Assembly (NCBI RefSeq): GCF_000143415.4
Contig: NW_003314368.1
Location: 20,792-84,791 of the forward strand
From: Selaginella moellendorffii
Lineage: Eukaryota > Plantae > Lycopodiophyta
Length of the DNA stretch: 64,000 bases
Reading direction: 5' to 3'
Shown: in pieces, positions 13,581 to 24,812 of the stretch
Position numbering within the stretch: the first letter of the stretch is position 1
Layout of the letters: the number at the start of each line of letters is the position of its first letter
Translations under genes and position numbers: made by a program
The notes under the pieces: generated by a model
The model's input: only the letters and a program-made list of their open reading frames with translations
Database searches by the model: none
What the model was told of the DNA's origin: nothing

Positions 13581-15467
13581 GAGTTTTTTATTTAATAGTA
13601 TAATTGAGATATTGCATACTTTTTATGAAGCAGTATAGCACTTGCAACTCCTTCATGTAAACAACAAAAAAAAAAACTTGAGAGAAATAATCTATTAAAG
13701 TTCAAATTGAGGGGTGTGCTCCTCAATTATACAATCTAGAAGCACTATAAGGATGCAAAGTAATTCAATTACACACTCTAGTATGCTATCAAGAATTGCA
13801 TAGTTTTTAGAGAGTGTTGAGAGAGAAGAAATCTATAGCTTGAGTGAGGTAGTATAAGTAGCAACATGTTTTGACAAAGCTTACATGACAATGTTTTTGT
13901 GCAGACTAAATATAAAGTGTAAGTAAATTTATATTATGAATATTCTGAATACACAGATATGCATGTGTCCCTTTCCTTGATAGTTTGGGGGGATGTTGTA
14001 ATAAACTCCAAATAACTCATCTGTGAGTATATAGTGTAATACCATTTTCTAATCAAAATAAGAACTTCCAACATTGTTTTTAAATTTTTGGTTTTAAATG
14101 CAATATCAAGAAGTTGTATGTATTTTTGGAACATAAAAGCTGCAACTCAATCTCCAACATATATACATATTGTCCATGTGTAAGGGGGTGGGGTTTTTGA
14201 ACACGACACTGTTTTGCAATTCAATGACTTTCAATGTTGGCAGTGGTATTAAACTAGAGAATCTTAAATTAGGAGTATATAAGTGCAATGTAGCTTATGC
14301 TTGTTTGGTTGGAACTTTCAAGTGGGCACATGTGTAGGACAGTAGCTATGCCTCTGTGTGACCGTGCACACCATGCATAACATAGTCTTGAAGTATCATG
14401 CCACATTGCACCATATCTCCCTTCATAAGTGGTCAATTCACTAAGAACACACACAATAAGACACTGTTAAGAACTTGGATGATGTGATATAAAATGTTGA
14501 AGGGTATGAAACTAGGGCATGTGATTTCAATCTTTGTTTTGTCCTTGTCCTTTCCTTTTCCTTCCCACTTGTGTCTTCATTCCTCATAATGGAGCATTGA
14601 TATCCCTCACAATGATTGGGGATCTTAACAAACACACACATTCTCAAAGAGGCCCTTTTACCTAGTCTTACATTGATGAACCATATAGAAAATAATTTCA
14701 CTTATACATTCATTAGATCTAGTTTGATCTTGTTAAACTTCCTTGCCCAATCACAACACATACGTTTTGGCCTCCCATGCTTCACAATGGCTCTGCATAG
14801 TAGTTGGCTCTTTCTTGTTCATTGCAATAAACATGCTTGTGAGTACCTATATGGTAAGAAAACAGAACTATAACCAAGGGAATCATATATGTTGAACTAG
14901 TAGATAATGCCTTATAAATAAAGTCCCGAAGGCTCTAACTTATAGTACACTACACAAACTAGTGATAATTGTTTCATACAAAGAAAAAGGGATGGAATTT
15001 ATTATCAATACACCATAACTCCATTGTTGTCTCAACATTTTGGATGTGAGGAATTGGCCTGAGTCTCTAGTGTCAAACTCACTCAGAACAAATACCTGTC
15101 AATACAACTCTTAGGATGGCACGGCTTACTCAATGGCCTGCATCAGAAATTTCCCAAGTCATGAAGTTCTTTTATTATGGGAGAATTCAGCAAAGAAGTG
15201 ACTCTACCTCTTGCACACTCTTCATGGAATATACACCTTTCCAGGTTATAGATTTCAAGTAGCAATGCAAGTGGCTCCATTCCACCTGTTTGCAAGATCA
15301 CTCATCTAGTAACAATTTTGCAGTGATCCATGCAATATTCTTTGTATTTGCTAGAAGAATATCAAGAACTAGTATAACCATTCCCAAAGTATATGCTAAA
15401 CTAGTTATAATTTTATTTTATAGGAAGTGTTAAAATTTGAAAAACCACATTAGCAGGCTTGCTGTGC

Positions 15468-16060
15468 TCGAGAAAGTTCACAAGAGAGAATGGCAATGTG
15501 ATGATCATTTGCATGCCATGTTGATGTATGCATCCACTGGATTAATGACCAGCCCTGAAAACTTCACTGCAGTTTAGCAGCTCTTTGGTTTCTGGGGTGG
15601 ATCCCCCCAAGCGGTGTATGCTCTGGACGGGTTGTGCTAGTTCCAGGCATCTTTGCTTGAGGTCAGGAAGGGCTTGGACATCATTGGAGCTTTGAGACAA
15701 GACCTAGAACACTTCAGCTATATCTTCCATCCCGAGCCTTTGGAACTGGAGTATAACCATGGTTTGTGTGTCTGCACACGTAAAGAAGGCACTGGGATAA
15801 ATGCCTAGGTTTAGCCATATGAAGATCAGATGGATTACATCAAGGATAACTAGAACAATGGAAGTTTGCATTCCTCATGGCATCACGAGAGGCACTCTTT
15901 GAAAGATCAAGGATATACTACATGGCTAAGGATTGTTCAGGCTCACCAGATTCTTGCAGTGATGCTAGTGATGTTGCAGATAACCTGGAGAGCCAGGCAC
16001 GATGCACTGCTGCAACATGTCCAAAGACAAATTTTGAGAGGAACATTTGATTTGTGTTCT
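15468..16060 (+). pseudogene. Decayed, internally deleted inverted copy of the Crinkler-like gene
   Basis: Nucleotide match to the 20565-22181 gene (RENGN..MIICMP, LFGFWGGSPQAV, RARHDALLQHVQ) with stops and deletions. Confidence 0.85.
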
Positions 16061-17036
16061 AGATGAGATTGTTAAGAAATGTGATGAAAAGTAAAATTTT
16101 TAGTAGATGTCTTCTCCAATTGTTCACAATGAACCATATTCATCATATTCTAGTGGATACCAAGGGAAACCCAAGTCCTTTGGTGTTAGGATAGTTTCTG
16201 AACTTCCATAGAGGTGAACACATTGTCAAAGCTCCCATTTATGTTGCATAGCTTTCTTAAATTTACAATTGTTTATCAAAAAAAAACCTGATGGAGTTTC
16301 ATTTGGGGCCACTAATGTTTTTTTTAATGCCGTCCACATAAAGAAAACACACAATAAAACTGTTAAAATCAACTCCCATGCAACATAACACTTTACTCTT
16401 CCATATGATTTTATCCTTGATCATCTCCAATGGTATTAAGTCAATGATCTCTACATCCATCACAAGGAAGTGGACTATAATTTCTTCCCAGCTCTAATGC
16501 CTTCAAAAAAAGATTGAAGTAAAGCAATCAGAAAATATTATTTTACCTTGTGAGCTCCCTAAATGCTATTTCTGACACTTCAGATGCATTTGTTTGCCTT
16601 CTTTCCATCAAGTATGCAATCATGTCCATTAGATGAGGCCAAGTTATATAATGTTGCACCATACAAGCATCTAAAAACAGGAACAATGATCTCTTCCTAT
16701 CTCGATTCTTGATCAATAAAATCCTGCTTTAGAACCTCCTACATACTTAATATCGAGGAAGATATGAAAAACATTCTTACTTCAAACTTAAGAATGTTTT
16801 TGCTATCCTTAGCCAATGTCTCTAAGAGCTTTTCTTGGGAAAACAATGCTATGTTAAGCTGGCCAACGAAAATAGAATGTACGGAGCTCACCATGGATGT
16901 AGTAAGCTGAATTACTCAATGCAATAGAGAATAGAACATAGAGATCACCTGGATATAAGACTCCCAGTTCATCCTAGGAATAATCACATCTAGTGAAGAA
17001 GAGCAGCTTGACAGACACCTGCTGTTGAAATCCACC

Positions 17037-19053
17037 TTAGTCAAAACAAATAAGTTTTTGAAACAAATATTGTACCTTTATCCACTTCTTTGCTTGTCCT
17101 CGAGGATCAATCCAAAGCGACCACCTCTTGTTAAAGATGCTGTTGTCTATAGAAAACCCGTCATTCAGTATCAAGTCTACAGGATTGCCCAGAACTGTGA
17201 TCAGCTTGAAGGTCCTACAACAAGGGATGTCCTTTTCCTTGCACATCTTTAGCCAGGTATCAAGTAGTCTCTCCCAATAAGCTAGCTTCACAGCTCCAAA
17301 GTAAGCAGCCTACTATTGCTAATCTTGCTTAGTCTTCGCCTTTGTTGACTATCTAAATTTTGCTTGGTCTTCGCCTTGGACATCTCCAGCATGAAGAATA
17401 AAATCATGAGGAGTAAAATCACGCCTCTCACCTTCCGACAGTCTTGAACGTCCGATTCTAGCTGCACCTTATTAGTTTCCATCAGGTCAAGCTGTTTCTG
17501 AATCTTTCCGAGTTTCTCTATGTGCCTCAACATTTCCTTCTTTGCTATTTGAAACTCATCCGTGGCTTCTTGTAGCTTCGTCCGCTTTGGTGCAACAACC
17601 TGTATGAAAGAGAAGCAATGAGAAAAGAAGCTTGCAAATGTGATCCTTGACGAAACTTGGCCACTTTATCGTAGCTTCCGTTGCTCACCATATCTCATAA
17701 ATTATTACCTTATTTTTGTCATACTCATTCAGTGATGGAAGTTTGGTCGTAACTGCAAGTGTCTGTTGAGCAAGACCTCAATAGTCCTCGATTTTCTTTC
17801 CCGGTCAGATATTCTCCTTGACTTAACCTGTCAAAGTCTTCTTAGTTCAGTATGTAAAAGTAAAAGTACATGGACTCTTACCTGCAAGCAACAGGCTATG
17901 TTCACATACGCCGGTGGATCTTTGACTTCTGTAATATTTGTGAGTGTCCAACGCACAGAGAGCAGCTTCCAGTATTGGGAGAGCCTAGCAATCGCGATGG
18001 ATACTTACCACAGTAAGCTCTGATTCACAAGTTCCTTCGGCGTCCTTCTGATCTCTGAAGACGAAAACAGTAGCATTATCACCTTCAGACTTCTTCCTGC
18101 AACGTTCATTCACTCAACACAAAGGAAAAAGGAAGCAAGAAAGACAGAGAAAAGAGACAAACCTTCAGGTCCTCTATCCATTCCATAGAGCTGCTCATTT
18201 GTATCTGGAACAGCATATAACTCGCCATGGACGTGGCCAGTTTAGTGAGAGATTGGCGGCCTACTCCTTCCACTCCTACTAGCAAAGCATTTCCATAAGG
18301 TTGTCACTGATGTGCTGGGCAGCATACGCGAAAAGAACCAAGTCAAGAGGATTTCTTGTTTGAGAGTTGAACTCAGCGAGTTGCTCCTCCATAATTGATG
18401 CATCATATATTTCTTCATACCTGTGAAAGAGTTGCTTAACCGGAATGCGGAATGCCAACAAAGATTGCAATGCATACATACCTCTTCGGAAAGTTTGTCG
18501 TATCCATTTCGCCAAACATTACGTTTCGGATGGAATCGGCATCATCATAGCCAAAAACGTAGTCGCATTTGAGCTGCAAACGAGACTCAATCCTGTTTTG
18601 AACGTACTTGCGGTTCTCGTCACAGATTAGCCACTCTGGTGGCGTAGGCAGTTGCTCCTTATGTTGGATAGGACGATAAATGTCGATCGTCGCAAGAACA
18701 AGAAGGTTCAAAATGCCACTTAGCATGAAGCACGCTGCTAGAAAGTAAAATGAGACAACTTACAGCATCTCCTGGATATAAGACTCCCATTTCGTCCCAA
18801 GAAGAGCATCTAGCAAAGGAAGTACCTGAAAAGAAGTGGTCTAGTTGTGTCAGTGTTGCAGAACTACAATAGACATCACCTGAATCTAAGAGTTTCCGGA
18901 AAGGATCTCGTGGCCTTCTTTCCATGGAATTAGATATCCGTTCTCAAATCCGAAAACTTGCAGGAAAACTCACCCCGAGCACCGGAAAGAGCTGGAACAA
19001 CGTCAGCGTTGTTCTGGAGGGTCTCGATATCTCGATTCGTCACTCCTTCCATT
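17037..19053 (-). CDS. Putative multi-exon gene of unknown function, partly coiled-coil; exact model uncertain
   Basis: A series of short minus-strand ORFs separated by GT..AG introns, with exonic base composition and a divergent telobox promoter. A single consistent reading frame could not be fixed by eye. Confidence 0.4.
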
Positions 19054-19230
19054 CTTTTTCGCGAAAGATTGATGTGCATTGCGCCGGAGAGAAGTGGTGC
19101 TCGACAAGTAAAGCCCTAAACCCATGAACCGTTTGGAGGGAACCTTTTTGTGTTTAAATTAAATTATCCGCAAAGTTAATAAAGTAGCTATTAATTATGA
19201 ACAATCTAGGTTTTGAGAAATTAGTGTGCT

Positions 19231-20317
19231 ATGGACACGAAGGCGGAGAGGGCTTTGGCGTGGAAGAAGAGGATGGCTTTGATGATGGAGAGGGAGAAAG
19301 CGCTGGGTGCGCTGCAGAACATCTACGTATGCGATCGCCTGGCCCAAGATCTCATCAATCATCCGCAGACGCAGGAATTGGGCGCCTGGGCGGACAAGAA
19401 GAAATCATCGACCGCCCTCTACTGCCTCGGCAATCACAAACTGGGCAGGCAGGAGGAGATGCTGGGATGGGGGATCTGGGAAGCAATGTGTGGGTCCAAT
19501 GCCATAACCCGCAAGGCTCCATACTTTCTTCGCGCTCTTGGATTTGGGGAAGAGGAGCTGGGCGACGAGGAGCTGCTGGATGCGATGGAAGTGTTCATGC
19601 ACGCGTCTTGCCTCACCACTCTTCCCGACGGGCCGTGCTTTAGCACCAGCGTTGTGTTTGTGACGGGGAGCCAGCGTTTCTACCAAGCTCTGGCGCGGGA
19701 CGAAAACTCTTGGAGGAAGATGAGCCTGCTCATCACTTACGAGCTCCACGTCTGTGCTTCGCCTTACAGTGCAAACGATCGGGTCTGGCCCATTCTTCCC
19801 GACCACACCGAGCCCGTGGAGCAGTGTATCATACCCGGTGCCAAACGAAGCAAGAAGATCCCGGAGTAAAGCTTTCCAATCTCTCTTCTTCTTTTTTCAT
19901 GCGTTTTTATGTTTTTCTCAGGTTTGGAACTCCCTTTCGTGTTCCCTGTCCGACCATCAGCCAACTCTACAGTGGCGAATACAGTCGATTTCCATGGTAA
20001 GCGTTTTTCAGTCGATTTCATGGCAAGTTTTTTCCACCACCTTCTCACAGGCTTCATGAGCTGCTGGATGTTTACGGCCAGGCCAAGCTTGATCTTCCTG
20101 CAGAAGCTGCTTTTCATAGAGTAAGAGTTTCTGGCTTTGCTACACTTTCTAGAGCCCTGGAAACTCAAAGCTCTGTGTGTTTTTGTAGGAATACCCGGCA
20201 TACGTCGCCAAGCTCGAGCAAAGTTCTTCTTCCTGTGATCAGCGACTTTTGAACAAGCTCTTGAAGATCCAGAAATTGAATCCAGGCGGCGTTGAGGCTG
20301 GATGTGCTACCACTTGA
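19231..20317 (+). CDS. Four-exon protein of unknown function (about 300 aa)
   Basis: Exons 19231-19865, 19922-19996, 20051-20120 and 20189-20317 splice in frame through GT-AG introns and end ...GGVEAGCATT*. Confidence 0.7.
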
Positions 20318-20564
20318 TTTCCGAGCGGACAAGGTATGGATTGATCGATCTAGAGAACCTCCTCTTCTTCCCCCTTTTGTACTTTGGTAGGCGCGAAGAA
20401 TGCTAGTATATACTGGTATAATGGCTTAAGGTTCTTCTAAGAAATCTCGTCCAGTGGACTCACTTGATCAAGCGATCTTTTAAAAACATAATGCGATATT
20501 ACAGGCGAGTGCGATCTCTAACAAAATATAGTATTAGAATTTATTTTAAAATGAAAAATTAACA

Positions 20565-22181
20565 TTACTTTTTGCAAACTTTTATGGGTACTCTTTCAAG
20601 CTTTGAAAATTGCAAGAACCGCAAAATTAGAAGAGGAAAATCGGCTGGAATCCCCACAACGCTCACTTGGCACGGCCATTCCATCTGCACCTGTCCCCAC
20701 ACCAGCCTCTGCATTGGATACTCGTCAAACATCTCGTTCGGAACCAAATACACGAATCGAGTGTTCCTCCCAAACTTCACCACTGCATCTTGGACGTGCT
20801 GCAGCAGCGCATCGTGCCTAGCTCTCCGGGTTATCCGAAACATCACCGCAGATCCATCAAGAAGCACTCCCACCGCATCGTAGCAAGAATTTGGCGAGCC
20901 TGGACAATCCTCGGCCACGAAGTATCCCGACTTCCCCGCGATGATATCTCCAGCCTTCCGGAAGAGCACAACGTTGCCACCAAAGTCGAAACTCTCCAAG
21001 CCAGCCACAGCACCCGGATCCAATCGCCTGGAACGAAACTGGAGCTTCTTCACATCTCGCGACGCCAGGAGGCAATGCACGAGGTACGCAAACTTCCGGC
21101 CGACAATAGCAGCGTTGTCCGAGATGAGCTTGTTGTCCTTGATGTAATCCATCTGATCTTCATACGGCTCAACCTCGGGACCGATCCCCAGCGTCTTCTC
21201 TACGTGCGGGGACGCACAAACCACGGTTGCCACCTTGTACTCCGGATCCAAAGGCTCGAGATGGAAGATATGGCTGAAACGTTCCGGGTCTCGTCTCAAA
21301 GCTCCAGCGATGTCCAAACGCTTTTCCTTCCTGGCCTCGAGCAAAGCAGCCTGGAAGTGGCACAACCAGTCCGGATCATCGGCTCTGTCCAGCACCGCTC
21401 GAGGGGATCCACCCCAGAAACCAAACAGCTGCTCGACCGCGGTGAAATCTCCGGGGCTGTTCAGCAATCCAGCGGAGGCGTACAGCAGCGCGAGCTCGCA
21501 GACGTCCCACGGCGGCATGCAAACGATCATCGCGTTGCCATTCTCTCTCACGAACTTCCTTGAATACTTGACTTCGTCCCAGCCGGAGGAGAAGAGGATC
21601 GCGTGGCTGAAGGCGTGCTGCGGTCGAAGGAGAGGAGCATTGCAAAGATAGACGGTGTCTTGCGTTCGCTGAGAATCGAATGACCCCACGACCCCTTCCA
21701 CAACTTGGCTGCCTCGAAAGAAATAGCTCAAACCGGAAGAACTATCGCAGGATTCTTCCCAGATCACCTGCCTGTTCGCGAAATCCGGATGGATCCTCAG
21801 CTGTGTGAGCAAGTAGTAGCCAAAGGACGTCATTCCCGTGCCTGGCGATCCCCCGATGATCAAGTGATCGATCGGGCTATCACCTCTGCGAGAGTTCACT
21901 CTGCCGGAGAGAATGTCGATCGCCAGAGAGGCGAATTTGCGGTAGACGCTCCGGACTAGCAGCTTGTTTCTCTTGGACTGGAGAAAGGAAACCCCTGGCT
22001 TGAGCGTCACCGTGTCGAGCTCTATGTGGACTCGCTCGAGCTGTGCTTCTGGCGGTGTCGAGACTTTGATCGAAGGCGTGATGGATTCCCTTGGGACAAG
22101 ACACACGCACCGGGTTGTAGTCGCGATCGGGATGGATTCCCAGAAGCGCCTGACGTGCTCCTCCGCGTTCCACCGCTCCAT
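20565..22181 (-). CDS. Intronless Crinkler/RHS-type protein: P-loop NTPase plus C-terminal restriction-endonuclease-like domain
   Basis: 538-aa ORF with LIIGGSPGTGMTSF (Walker A-like), ILFSS, MPPWDVCEL, WGGSPRAV and C-terminal NSCYDAVG..VMFRITRRARH. These are typical CRN/RHS NTPase-REase motifs. Confidence 0.8.
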   Translation of the reverse strand: MERWNAEEHVRRFWESIPIATTTRCVCLVPRESITPSIKVSTPPEAQLERVHIELDTVTLKPGVSFLQSKRNKLLVRSVYRKFASLAIDILSGRVNSRRGDSPIDHLIIGGSPGTGMTSFGYYLLTQLRIHPDFANRQVIWEESCDSSSGLSYFFRGSQVVEGVVGSFDSQRTQDTVYLCNAPLLRPQHAFSHAILFSSGWDEVKYSRKFVRENGNAMIVCMPPWDVCELALLYASAGLLNSPGDFTAVEQLFGFWGGSPRAVLDRADDPDWLCHFQAALLEARKEKRLDIAGALRRDPERFSHIFHLEPLDPEYKVATVVCASPHVEKTLGIGPEVEPYEDQMDYIKDNKLISDNAAIVGRKFAYLVHCLLASRDVKKLQFRSRRLDPGAVAGLESFDFGGNVVLFRKAGDIIAGKSGYFVAEDCPGSPNSCYDAVGVLLDGSAVMFRITRRARHDALLQHVQDAVVKFGRNTRFVYLVPNEMFDEYPMQRLVWGQVQMEWPCQVSVVGIPADFPLLILRFLQFSKLERVPIKVCKK

Positions 22182-22238
22182 CGCCTTAAACCCTACATTT
22201 TGAAGAACCCTAAATCTCTATCTTAGGGTTCTTGGGCA
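22182..22238. promoter_or_regulatory. 57-bp divergent intergenic spacer with telobox-like motifs
   Basis: AAACCCTA, AACCCTAA and TTAGGGTT lie between the two head-to-head ATGs. Confidence 0.55.
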
Positions 22239-23999
22239 ATGCGGGGAGAGGGGGGAGTGCTGGCCATGGCGCTGGCCTCCCGCGGCATCGTCCTGCTCGC
22301 AATGCTGGCCTGGGCGTGGCTTGGATCGCCCTATGATTCCTCGGCAGCATTGGATTTGCCCTGTCTCTCGCGGGATGATCATGGTTTTGATCGAGGGGGG
22401 ATCTCGAATTCTACGCTTCTCAGAAGCGTTGTGTGGGACGGCGTGTACTACTTGCGGATTGCTCGCTGTGGCTACGAGTACGAGCAGATGCACGCGTTCC
22501 AGCCTCTCCTTCCCCTTCTCATGCGTTTTCTCTCCAACACTGGTAAATGCTTACATGATTTTTTTTTCTTTTATTCCATGACTGATGTGTTCTTCCTGTT
22601 CTTCCAGCTTTAAGAGGCTTTGTTCCATTTTTTGGCTATGATGAAACGCTCGCCTTGTCTGGCTATGTCATAAACGTCATGGCTTTTGTATTGGCAGCTC
22701 TCTACTTATATAGGTATGTTTTTATTCTTCCATTCATCTTCTAGTCTTCTGATCGATATTTGTTCTTTCCTTCTTTGCTAGGCTGAGTTTGTACGTTCTA
22801 GAACGAGAGAGAATGGCTTTCCTGTCGACGGCATTTTTCTGCTTTAATCCGGCATCGGTTTTCTACTCATCCTTGTAAGCTGGTAACCTTTCAAGGATTT
22901 ATTGAGATGTTCCAACTAGCAATCGACGTTCGTTTCTGTGACGCAGATATACTGAAAGCTTATTTGCTCTACTATCCTTTGCGGGAATGTGGTATCTCGT
23001 AAGTGGAGCCAGATGGACGTCTGCGATCTTGTTTGGCTTCTCCAGCATTGCGCGTTCGAATGGCATTGTGCATGCGGGATTCTTCTTGTTCCAGTGCCTT
23101 CACTTGGTTTACCACCACAAAGTCTTCCACATGAAAAGGCCGCTGGTGAGAAAGTTGGCTTTTCGTTTCTTTCCCGCGTGCTCGAATTTTGATTGTTTCT
23201 ATCATAAGCTTGCAGGATCTCTCTTTGTCATCATCCAGTGCGGACTTCAAGCTTCCCTTGTGGTAGCACCCTTCGTTGGTTTTCAGGCTTATGGCTACTT
23301 TGAGATGTGTTTCAACGATTCCAAGCAGCAGAGGCCTTGGTGCAGCGCAACCATACCGTACTTGTATGGATTCGTTCAAGATCACTACTGGTAAGATCTG
23401 CTTCTCTTGGCATGGTTTTTATAATTGTCTGCTGTTCCAGGGACGTTGGATTCCTACGGTATTTCCAGCTCAAACAAATCCCGAACTTTCTGTCTGCGTC
23501 GCCGGCACTGCTTCTAGCAAGCTCTGCCATTGTCACATACGCCAGAGCGCAGCCCAAACTGTTTTATTCTCTGGGTCTCGCAGCACCTTCTTGGCAGAAA
23601 AGAAAGGCCGCCCTTCTTCCAGATCACTCAAAACGTAAGCAACACTGTTTTTGGACTTTAATTCTCTCCTAATGTCATCGAATCTGTAGCTCCGAGAGTG
23701 AAGAAAGAAACGACGGGATTTTACGCAGTGGCAAGCGTTCCTTTTGTTTTTGAGCTCTTGGTTATGACCCTTGTTGCATTCTTGGTAATGCACGTCCAGG
23801 TATTCGCTATACTTGTTTTTGTAGCTCCTCAAAACTTGGAATCGGGATTCTGCAGGTGTCGACCCGCTTTCTCTCTTGCAGTCCAGTTATATATTGGTTC
23901 TCGGCATCCTTTCGTAGGCAATGGATTGGATGGTGGGTGTTTCTTTCTTACACCCTGGTTGGAACATTGCTCTTCGTAAATTTCTATCCTTTCACGTAA
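22239..23999 (+). CDS. PIGV: GPI mannosyltransferase 2 (PIG-V/GPI18 family), multi-exon
   Basis: Motifs PYDSSA, VVWDGVYYLRIARCGYEYEQMHAFQPLLP, FCFNPASVFYSSLYTESLF, RSNG, YGFVQDHYW, GFLRYFQLKQIPNFL and the terminus STRFLS..LLFVNFYPFT*. First exons are 22239-22542, 22608-22713, 22782-22874 and 22947-. Confidence 0.93.
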
Positions 24000-24812
24000 T
24001 CTTTCGCGAGTCCACCTCCAAGATTTTCTAATGCATCTCGAAATACCGCAAACGCCAAACGTCAAAAGCTAGGCATTGCTTTCGCTGTCTCCAAGAAATT
24101 TGGTAAGTTGTGTCGGCGAAGTGCAGTCTTTTTTATTGTTTTGTTTTGACAGAACGGATGATATTTCCTGATTTATCGGTGTGTGGCCCTGTATTGAGAT
24201 TGAAGTTGAAAGATTTGAGGGACCAAGAGTGACGTACCTGTTATCATAGTCAATTTCAATGAATGCCACTGAACAGCCTATAGAATAGAGAGACATATTC
24301 AACATAGAATAGAGAGACGTACAACCAGCAAACATATCAGCTCTTTTGATCCTGCAGGGCTAGTGGTACAGTGTTTTTATTTTTTATTTTTCTATTTGTT
24401 TTCTTTTGCTAGATCCCTATAAGAAAGTGGACCGTAAACAAACCAGTTGTCAAGAAAGAAATGTCCACCAGAGTTGATGATGAACAGAGGAGGATTATAT
24501 ATCTACAGTTTAAACTTCCTCCATTCTTGACAAGTTCAGCTAAGTGGCCGACCTTATTGGGTTTTTGTACACCAACTTTTAAAAGGAAGGGTGAAAGAAT
24601 GGCCAGACTTCCCCAAGTAATCATTTGCATCAAATCATTTGCATCTTACGGAGGACAAACTAACTCAGCAGCCCAGTATAAATAAGCCAAGTTCTGGAAG
24701 TCTGCTCACACACACAACACATTCGAACAGCAACTTCACATTCTTGAGGTTTTTTTCAGCATCAAAGTTTCTTACTGAAAAAAATAGAAGCCTCAGTGTT
24801 TTCCTTGCCATC

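Noticed and set aside
10000-15400. AT-rich region with short ORFs, possibly old transposon debris
   Set aside because: No motif could be assigned with confidence.
20572-22226. Antisense ORFs up to 298 aa over the Crinkler-like gene
   Set aside because: Shadow ORFs of GC-rich coding sequence.
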